Shown: positions 53,462-64,000 of the stretch, piece after piece
How the letters are laid out: each line of letters begins with the position of its first letter
How positions within the stretch are numbered: position 1 is the stretch's first letter
DNA from: Ophelia neglecta
Lineage: Eukaryota
DNA length: 64,000 nt
Assembly (NCBI GenBank): GCA_965285935.1
Contig: OZ260663.1
Coordinates: 76,632,001-76,696,000, forward strand
Direction of reading: 5' to 3'
Position numbers and translations under genes: made by a program
Notes under the pieces: generated by a model
Told to the model about the DNA's origin: nothing
Databases searched by the model: none
Seen by the model: only the letters and a program-made list of their open reading frames with translations

Positions 53462-56400
53462 TAATGTTCGTTATTAGCAGTATGCATGGTGGCTTGCATT
53501 ATAGGACCGTAAAGTAATTTGCAGACATCTTACCTAGTCTATGTATAAAAATCAACATCATCTTATTTTGAACCTAACCACTATCATGATGTTTGATAGG
53601 AAGTTGTACCATAACTCAACATCTATTGAGCTTGTCCTAATATGAGAAGAGGCGTTTAACCACTGTCCATTTTTTACGGGTCACCCTATAGTTAGTTTAG
53701 GCACAATGGTAAAATTAGTGTGCCTTACAAGAATTATATCCGTGATTAAACAAAAAGTGTGTTTAGTACTCACAAATAAAATGACCGGATCATATGCAAT
53801 ATAAGCTGTATATTCTTCAGATTCATTTCTATAAAACAGATCACCATATACTAAAGATATGAATGAAGCGTGGAGTACTTCCGGTGTAGCACTTATAGAT
53901 GTACCAATTTCCTCTGCAGTGAGAGGAAGCAAAGTAAATTTTTGCAATTGGTATCTTCAATCTTTCAGTTCATCCTAAGTATAAAGCTGATATATTTAAC
54001 AGAAGTATCGAAAAAGCAATACGATGCAACAAGAAACGGCGCCTAGGAATGAGATTTTAAGTACTCTTATCTTGTCGGGGTCAGAGTAAAGAAGCGGTAA
54101 ACTGATTAGTGTTGTTTGTACTTGGAAGGGGAACAAAAGTATCGACTCGAGGCTGAAGACTTTATGTCGGATATCCGCCAGACTGCACACTTATAAACAA
54201 TGCATGTGTTAAGCTTGTAAATGATGCCATTCACCTTACGCAGGGCGAGTAAGGAGTGTCTCTGGGTTGCGTTGCGTGTGATAAAATCACACAAGCAGAT
54301 TGTTAAGTATGTATTAAGCCTATCAGAGTCAAACGAAGCTAGGCCCTAGACTTTTTGCGCCAGTTGCATTGACATGCCATTAAATGGAAATGTACACAAG
54401 ATCGTAGTTACGACTAAATGTAGCTTAACTTACTCGTGCATGAATGTTGTCAATCTGATTTTGTATTATTGGCCAAGTTCTTTGCTTCCTGATGTCATTT
54501 AATGCGCAGAAAACAAAATATAGATAGCCACTGCCTTGGAGTAACACCAGTATATATAACGTAAATAATGGTCTTTTTTAATAGATCACTACTATACGGG
54601 AATCAGATGGATGTATATTCGAAGGAGCACCTGGGCAATTATTTGTAACAATCAAATCGTTTCGTTTCTCCGGCCAGATGTGCCCGCAGCTGTGAAAACA
54701 CGTGGAGCAGGCGACAGGCGAGAAGCCATGGCGTGACAAGTGTTTGATAAGAACAACGGAGTCCTCTGGGCCTCCTTTACATTAAAAGCAGATATGAAAT
54801 TGCAAATGGCTGCCATTCTATTGCTTCATGCCATTCGGCCGAGGAAACGGAAGTAACATTAGTCTCTGGGGAGCAATCCGAAATAAATAGCTTGAACAGA
54901 CTTTGAGCACCTCGGAAATACTCATCTCTTCTCCCCGCCTATCCCTCCATTAAAACCTTTGGCAAATTGGTTTGGTATTTGGCCTTTGCTAGGATCGACA
55001 TCTACCACAGCGGTCGGGCTTTCAGTTCAATACGATTAGGAGAACCATGAGAAGGAATCGATTTGGCAGGTTTATATTATTCATCTGAATTCGGAGTGGA
55101 AAAGGGATTGTGTTTTCTATACCGCAAAGTGAACATCTAATAAACGATAAAACGTTCAACTGGATCAGTTATGACTTAAATTATTAAAAAGAGCAAACAG
55201 TAATTTAGCCTCAGCGACGGAAAAGATACGATCCAATTGAATCTGAAAAAACGATTAAATGCATTGATAAAATGTGCTGAGATATTGGTACAGTACCAAA
55301 TTGAAAGGAGGTTGCAGAACCGGTACCAATAGACCACCTTTTTGCAAAATTCAACCAACCGAACTATAACAGTTGTTGTTCTTGCGATGTGTGGTACTTC
55401 TGTTAGTTGATTCGTTGATGGAAACATCCGCCTCAAAGACGAGACCTAGATACGAAACAATTCTATTCTAGTCAAATTATTGCACGAAAATTGCGTTCGT
55501 GTGCACCATCTTATCTAGGGAAACGGCAGTAATGTTTGTCAATGGTCTCAACTTCCATTTAGCGCACCCTTCCAATGGCTGATTTAAGCAGAGACCATAT
55601 GAACTAGGTCAACTTCTTTCTTTGGACCTAAAGACAGTCATCTCTAATATAACATCTTAATCAGATCTCGGTGCTACAATGGGTACTTGGCTGATCGCGT
55701 GATCTGCGGCTGTTGCAAAAGAATTTGTGTGCAGACGAATGAAAAATGGCCTGATGTGCGTAGCCACATTTGTCGATCACTTTACCACCAGAGACACGGG
55801 TCCGGTCTATTGTGGCTAAAAAGCGGGGGAGATTAGGAATCTCCATCGATTACAATCTTGCCCTCCCTGCACAAGCTCATGTGAATGGAAGGAGTTAAAG
55901 CAGCTTTGCCTGAATTATGTGAATTTGGAATGGCAAGAAGAGAACAGGTAAAACTCAGGACGTATTATAGCTTTTGCCAACAGATATATAACTTTGTTTT
56001 TTTTCCCTCAGAAAAGAAAATCTACTGCGGATGAAATACCTTCCTGGCATGAATAGAGACATTTAATAAATCGGGACAGGGATTAAGGGTTTTCAATTGG
56101 GGGAAGGTTAATATGGGACCTGGGTCTATGCGGAGTAAACATCAGGTGCGCCGGTTACAGGTTTCGAGAACTGGCCCCAGAGACAATCATTGCCATTAGC
56201 TGAGGTCTATTATGTGTTGCAACAAATAGTGATCTTTCCCTGGGGATGGGGCGACAGTCAGCGATCAAATTCGACAGTTTAACAAAATTTAATGTGCATG
56301 GCCAGTTAATCACAATTGGTGTTATTGCTGGGAAGCGTCTGCAAATCTTTGGATTGCATTTAATAACTAACCTAGCATCCTAGTGGCCATGCAAGGCGCT

Positions 56401-57629
56401 CGGGGGTACACCTCTATTTAGTCTCAACAGTAAAAATCGTCTGTTCAGGCGCAGGCCTGAACATAACTGCTAAGAACACATTCATGAATTTCTCAACGCT
56501 CATGGCAAAAACTTGTCAATAGCCCAAGGCTGTGAGCTGCTCGGCCTTCGTTTCGCAATGAGGGCTGTCAGATTTCCCCGGGCCTTGATAGATGGCAGTG
56601 TAGGGACGACAGTGAAGAGCAAAGAGCAGAGAGAGATGGACCAGAGTCCGGTCAAGAGGTCCCAGCGAAACAACTGGCAGAATCAAACATTTTTTTTTTT
56701 ATTAAAAACTGACTAAGGGAACTAGAACGCCAACCAAACAAGCGCTATATGCGATCAAATACCAAGGTCTTCTGCGATTAGCATACTCGCAACCAAATTC
56801 GAAAGCTCCAAAAGTTGCCGCAAGCTCGAGTTAGCAATTTTTGGGAAAACAGTTGCATTAGTTTTCTTAAGGATATTGGAGGCTGAGGGGGCTGTCATTT
56901 TTGTGAGACTCGTTTGTAGCAGTCATGTACTGGTGGACGCCATTTCTCCAACAGTGGACGCCACCCACTTCCTGCACTGGGGAACCGGCTTATCAGGGTT
57001 ATCGAGGATCAGGACTGTATGGTTTCCGGCGCGGGAGTGTCCGGTCAATAGGCACAAATATAGAATGAGTTTGAGCTCCATGTTCCCATTTCATTTCCTC
57101 TCGCTTTCTATCGTAGCTATATGGAATAGTTGCTTTTTTACAGTGAATAGTCATATTCCATTTATAGACATTTGGCATATCACGGTTCAGTGTAAATGTT
57201 TGCCAAAGTAAGCAGACAGTCCTCAATAATGTTATTTTGAATGAGACGAACTGGGTTATTATGGGTCCATTTGCCGCAAACCAATAACGGCGTGGCAATT
57301 TTCCTGGCCAGCAATCAGTCATGGTGGGCACAAGACAATCAACTCAGCGGATAGCGGGGAAAGAGAAGGGGGCTGCCAGGCCTCTAATATTGACTGAAAA
57401 CTTATTCTGTGGGGATTATAGTCTATAATTGCCAGCCAGATTTGAACCAGTCGCATAGGACCGTGCGCATCCATCGTTAGATGGCCTCTGATGACTATTA
57501 TGCTCGGTACGTATTATGGGTGTATGGCGGCATCCGATAGACAGAAGGGACTTCCGCCGGAAACCCAATCAGAATCGGAATCAGAGTCAGCTGCCTAGGG
57601 TAACCACTGCCCCTCTGGTTCAGCCGATT

Positions 57630-57703
57630 TATATATACACACATATATACATATATATATATACATAAACATATACATATACATATACAGACATATATAT
57701 TAT
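57630..57703. repeat. (TA)n/(CATATA)n microsatellite
   Basis: tatatatacacacatatatacatatatatatatacataaacatatacatatacatatac. Confidence 0.9.
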
Positions 57704-60700
57704 AGCTGAGGCGCGGCAACTAATCACCGCCAATGCAATGGACGAAAGCTCCCATTGGACAGGGACTATTTGGAGGGGAGCAGAGACCCGCCAAGCGTGG
57801 CGACGACAACACCGATCCGAGCCCCGACCCAATCCTCCTAGACCTACTAATGACAATCATTGAACGACATAATACATCCGTCAAAATTCCATTCGCTCTC
57901 CCCGTCCCTTGGGCGCGATAGAACCGTAAAGTTCAGCGGGTTGGCATTGATTTCTACTCTGATTCTGATGGCCAACCCGCTTTCGTGCTCCAAGCAACTT
58001 TCATGTTATCTAGTGCAAATTGGTTATGGTTAGGATTCGTGAGAATGGAGGACTGTTGGTGAAGTGGTAGCTTTTTAACGGCGTAATCTTCAGATTACAC
58101 CCCGCCAAATGCTAGATCGATAGACCCAAATCCGCCTCGCGATTCCTCCCAGACGACATTCGAATGTATGCCCAAACAGCGGTTATGCGCTGTTTTGTTT
58201 ATAAGCTGGCGATTTAACGCCTGGATTCAGTCCCCAGCCCAGATTTGGCAGTTCTTCGGAACGAGCGATCAATAAGGAAATCAGTTGCCTTGTCACGGCA
58301 CCATTTCATTAATACAGTAATGCTGCATTTATTTGCACTCTAGCCCTACCGCGAGGCGCTATGCCACACCATAATGTGTCAGATTGCCGCCCTTAGTTTT
58401 ACAGCCTTTTTGAGGGACTAGATCTATAAGCCGAAGTTAAGTGGCCTTTAGCTAGGTATCATATCCAACATTAATCGTATAAAAAGTATCGGTGACAAAA
58501 ATGTGATATTGGCGAATATTAATCTTTCTAACACAGCCTATAGCCAAGGATCATTTATAAAATGACTCAATTGGGTTTTATACAATTATACTATTATAGT
58601 ATAAGAAATTCTGCAAGTCATTGCTCTGTGGTAAAACTTGTCTGTAAACGTTAATTTACTTCTATTTGTAAATAGTCATGATTTTTTGGGTTCATCCTTC
58701 TCCAACGGTCTCTGTGCGGGCCTCTTGAATACAGTGTGTCAGTGTTTCTATATTGACATTGGCTGCTCTACAGTATACGATAATGTGCTCATACATACAC
58801 ATACATACACGCTGAGGCAGTTATCAACAGTATATTTAATGAGGTAGATAAATACTCTTCATCAGAAAAGTACGAGCACAGATAGCATTGTTTCCTATAT
58901 AAAAAAAGGAATGTATGTCGATAAACCTTCAGATTGATTAGACTAAACAATTTAAGCTTCATCAATCTAAGAGGAGGAACAAGCTTGTACTGTCACGTGT
59001 TTCGAGCTCTTTTTGATGTTCGAGTTGCAGTGTAAAACTAGTATATCTTTCTAATGCGATTCAATACTGAGCTAAGCCCCTTCCGTGAAAAGCTCCTTGC
59101 TTACGTCGATTTCCTAATCAGATTGCCTGTATCGTATTTACTGTACCACTACTTAGAAAAACTAATCAATTTGTAGCATTTTCTAACAGTGATTACACTG
59201 ATACGTTCGGAAACTGAAATCGTTGTTTGTTTTTGCCCGTAAGGCAGGGGGATCAATCAGACGAGCGTCAAGGTCGTGATAAAAGATGAGGAGCAGGCGC
59301 CTCTATTGAGTGCAAATTACTCCTCCTTAAATATTCCAAGATATGTTTTACCTACCTGGGAAACAAATTAATGTTATATATTTTACTGTAAAGCCTTCGT
59401 CATCGTCGCATAGTACCATGTGTGAACTATTAAGCTCTACCGTTTCCCTAAAAATCCTATGGCAACTTATGGTCTGAAAATGTATTTATAATCTTGCAGA
59501 TTTCACAAGCCGAATTAATGACCGCTCCCTTTCCATGAAATTAAGGACTGGTGAGTTCTAGGTACCGATTTTGACATTCCATTGGTGCCTTATCTTTTCG
59601 CTCAGTGGTTTTTGCGTTTTACTGGCCCTATATATGCGGCAACAAATAGTTGGTGATGTCCATTTTCTCCGGTTTAATCTAGAAAAAAGGCCCAATAAAT
59701 CGCTCGTGAACAACCCTATAAACTGGGTCGATTTACAAACAATGGGTCTGGGGAGTATTGTATTTACAATATTTGTAATAGATCTACGCTCAGCCCAGTA
59801 TTAACCTTAGACATAATCCTCCATAACCACAAAAGCCGGCATTACGAAGTATAAAGATGTTACTGGTCACTTTTTTCTTTTGGGGGTCGCTGACATTCAG
59901 AACACCGGAAGTCGGGTGAGTGCTGGCGGCAGACGACCGAAAAGTACAAATGGTGACTGCGTCTCGGCCACATGCAAATCAGGCATCACTTCCCAGTAGC
60001 TTTCAAACCATGTATTGTCAATAGCCTTTTGTTATCAACATTAAATGTAATTGTATAGCTAACAACAAAGTACAGGTCTCACTCGAAAACGAATAACTCG
60101 AAGACTTATTATGTCACTTGTCAATAGAGTTATAGACCTACAACGCAAGAGGTCCTCCTGTCCAAGCTTAAATCGATAAGTAATCTGTGACTCTCGAAAA
60201 GTTCGCCAAAAAGGATCATGGGATAAATGAAAAATCCTACAAATGGAAATAGGTAAATAAGTAAATATCGGTGTGCATCGTGGCGACACATTTAAGAAAT
60301 GAGGGTTCACTTCCGGTCAAGCATGTTCCATTGGCGTGTTTATACGTCAATTGGCCGTGCGATACCGCTCCTACCCGCCAGCTCTCGTACTTGACCGCGG
60401 ATCGAATACTTGGTAGAATCCACAGAAATAATTAGCTGTGTTATCAACTCCCTAGAGAGCTGGCTAATGCTTCATAGTCTTCCTACAACCAATGCATTAT
60501 TAATCGATCAAACTGACAGATAAATATATCAATTAATCACAGTTTTCGCAATATATAATGATTATTTTGGTAGGATCGATTATTCGTATAGGCTTATACG
60601 AATGCATATTTGGTTATGGAGCATAAACATTCGAGGTAATGGCTTCAAGGCGAGCTAGCAATATGGCGAAAGACTATGTATGGGTACATATCTATTAACG

Positions 60701-63700
60701 AAGCTATAGCTGTTCGTGGAACTCATAAAGGGCAACTATATTTATACATCGCCAATATTATTGTTTCGGTTAGATTAGGTGCACCGTAGTTCATTTGATA
60801 ATAAAGTGAAAATGGTTTTGTCCGAAACTCAACTCATTTTCTAGATTAATTCAATTTTTGTAACTCCTAGTTGCCTGTTTGTTTTGTGGTCTACTGTTAG
60901 ACATCTGAGCTTCAACTACCGAAAAATCAATCACGAGGACGTAATCGTGTTCTGCAGGTGGACCAAAGGAGATCAGAAAACGTCCGACAATCAATAAGGT
61001 TGATATCCGAAATCGGTGCGTGAATTGACATTATTTTTCCTCAGCTGCTTGTTGAAGGGATTTAATTGTCTCAAAGGCGAGGTCTCTGGACCTGACATAC
61101 ACTGGTCTGACATGGCTATTTTTGTGAATATAGGATGATTTTCAAGCTTTTTTCTACTTCCGGTTGTGAAGCCAATTCAAACGGAAGCATAAGCTTTCAA
61201 ATGGGCCGCCAAGCAACCTGTTCCCCGTGGCACATTTACATTTTACGGGCAAGTCACCAAACAGACCCTCGGATGCTCATGCGTGCCACAATGGTGACCC
61301 ACTTTGAGAGTAATTAAAGTCAGCAAACGTATTGAAAGCCGAAATTTCTGAGAGTATTTGATAAATCACTCAGAGACAGTGTATCATTGGCCGAAACTGC
61401 ACAATTACCCTTTGTTTGTGGCCTTCTTGCCCGGCCTTGCCGTTTCACGCATGCGTAATTAGATAACGGAATGGTAGGCCTAGTATTTTCCGGGTTTTTA
61501 GTACAAAATTTTGAATCGCTGGTGTCCTCCATGGATTTGGTCCCTCTATAATTCCCGGTGTTGTTTGGGCCAAGGCCCGGTATGTCGTCTGCTTTGTCCT
61601 GCTAAACAGCACCTCCTACACATTGACATTTCAAAGAACAGTTACATCCGGAAGAAAATATTTTACAAAACATATTAGCAAAAGTGACTGTCATGTGACG
61701 TGCTATACTGCCTTCAAGCCGCATTAAGAGTGAATCGCCATGAACATGTTTCCTACATAATAACAAGAAAATATTGTAAAGAAAGACACGATATTCTTAA
61801 GTAGTCGGGAGGTCTGGCAAGAATTCTGATTCGTACAGGTGCATTGTTTCCACATTAGTCATAAATTGCACAGTGATGACGCAAATCTCAATTAACGTGA
61901 TTTGCATGGTTGTTTATATTCAACAAAGCCACAAAGCTATACTTTAGTAGCTTCATAATCGCCAGCTCCACTATAAAGGTCGTTAACCGTCACGGACGAG
62001 TCCGCTTAATATGTCAGTCAGTGTCTTAACAGTGTTCAGGACCATTAGAGGATCATGTCGGACGGCCGTTAAGACTATTTAGCCAACCAATAACGCGCAG
62101 AGACGAACTACTACAATTTAATATCTTTATCTTTATACACACGAATCAAACTACATGGGCTCCCAATAACACGTTTGATGACCACAAATCCCGATATGTC
62201 CCGTTTGATTTCCACAAATCGCCATTTGTTTTGCATATCACGAGGGACAAACCATAGCCTATGTAACAAACCAACGCTTCTAAAACATCAACACGAAGAG
62301 GAATCCTTATAGTTCTTCTACCGTACAGAAATTATACGGAAATGCCCAGCTATTGTATAGTGGACAGCCATAAAAGCACTTCTGATTATTCAATATCTGC
62401 ATAAGAAGGGTCTTTGTGCTCAGCTGACCTAATCAATGGGGGATAGGACCCGAGACCCGTGAACAAGCTGGCAACGCCTGGTGTGACTAGATTGAGGCTT
62501 CCGGAGTTCTGAAATCTGTGGCCCCCAGAGAAATAGATGTCCCTTGTTTATCAGTTATAAGTATGATGCATTTGTCTCCAAAATACCATTGAAAATGGTT
62601 ATCAATAACAAAGGCCACTCTAGTAGAAAATAACAAGTACGCCATTATAAATCTTTTCAAAAAAAGCAGATACGGTCCGACTGATTTTCCAAAATATTGA
62701 GGTTCGCCATACGCGATCCTGCTAAATGCCCCTTAACCCTTGATGTGCGTGTTCCGCCGAATTCGAGTGCAGCAATCAATCACGCATGACCCGGACATAT
62801 TAGGCTGTTGTCCAATCACAAAAGCAGTAGCTTTGTTCGTTTGATCCGCCATTTCCCATCGTGACTTGATGTCGTCTGCCGAAGCCCTGTCATCGGTGAC
62901 TCTCCACAACTTCGATAACAGCAATTACTCGCCTCTCTCTGCTTGATTATGGTGCTTCTGTGAACTTGGCAGCACGAACAACGCTACTTGCCATGACTGC
63001 CTATTAATAAGAGCAACAATTAGGCGTGTTTAATGGCTACATGAGGCTGATGAATGGCAGTTTGAGAGGCAGTTGACATTGTGCGTATAATATCCGGTCC
63101 TACCGGCAGGCCTTCACTTGATTTGTGGTTTTGTCCTCACCTTTATGAAGCCGAAAATAGAATGCAAATTTCGACCAATAATAACACTTTTATAAATACA
63201 CACCATCTTCTCGGCAAAGCCAATATAACTACTGGGGGATTAACAGACTGCAAAACCGTGGCAGAGCGTACCCCTAAACAAGTAAAGCAAGTAATGCATA
63301 AAAACAAGAACGACGCATTTCCAACATTATGTTCATTGCGGTAAATGAAAAGGTTAAATTGCTAAAGTACACCGGGAAAAATCGAGCAACATCAATAAAT
63401 TTGGGCGTAAATTCGATACATTACTCTAAAAATGAATGCCGGGCATAAAAAGGGCAAGGACTGCCAGAGAACGAGCTCCTTCCGCCAAAAGATTAATGTT
63501 CTCAGTGCAAAAAGAATTTATCGCAAGAGTAAAAAATGGCATAAGTCACCTTACATGCATCATGTGCAGAAAAAAACCGATACATTACCACCAGCATGTC
63601 AGAAACTATGAAAGAAAAATTATATATTTATTTGTACTTTGGCGCATTTTCGACTATAAACGATATGTGTTTGTAGACAAGCTAATATAGTATCAGACGG

Positions 63701-64000
63701 TTTATAGAAAAACTCACTATGCCAGCCACTTTGGCCTACTAGCCATTCAATTCTACGGATCATGCCGCCATGTATAGCAAATATTTGCCAATTCATCAAA
63801 TCTTGTAAAATCTTAGTGTAACACTCTTTATCTATTCGACCAAATAGACCCAAGACCCGTTGGACCTTAAGTAAAATCCTTGATGTCTATCTACGATAAC
63901 TGGAGAGGTTTTTGCTCTGAGTCAAGTAGGATATTCCTGCTATTGCCGCTGGGGATGTTGTCCAGCTACCGTTTAAGAGGTCATGCATGCCAACAGCTTG

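Noticed and set aside
53040-53477. 145-aa plus-strand ORF
   Set aside because: No recognisable domain or splice context; overlaps the candidate LTR.
58174-58200. Hairpin followed by a T-run resembling a rho-independent terminator
   Set aside because: Eukaryotic context; an 8-bp stem is expected by chance.
62733-63358. TTAACCCTT...AAGGTTAA piggyBac-like ends (similar single ends at 17306, 23941 and 36215)
   Set aside because: The inverted match barely extends beyond TTAACC, and partner ends could not be established.

Overview
Eukaryotic (animal, probably invertebrate; inferred) AT-rich genomic DNA with one assembly gap (35162-35356). The only convincing host coding sequence is a 602-bp minus-strand exon (11363-11964) encoding part of the amino-terminal domain of a GluN2-type NMDA receptor. 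The rest appears to be intronic or flanking DNA rich in transposon debris, and almost all short ORFs in the track look spurious. The best-resolved structure is a nested element at 20341-22925: a TA-flanked pogo/Tc1-mariner-type transposon with perfect 25-bp TIRs and arrays of a TIR-derived motif, including a perfect 26-bp palindrome. Removing an inserted Helentron-type (HINE/DINE-1-like) element (~21078-22235) restores an uninterrupted ORF encoding only the pipsqueak and CENP-B HTH DNA-binding region. Also present: a second HINE-like element (3078-4044), a decayed LINE (~39.9-43.5 kb), a very old Gypsy pol remnant (~8.25-9.65 kb), SINE-like fragments, and mini- and microsatellites. All alignments and translations were done by eye, without database searches.
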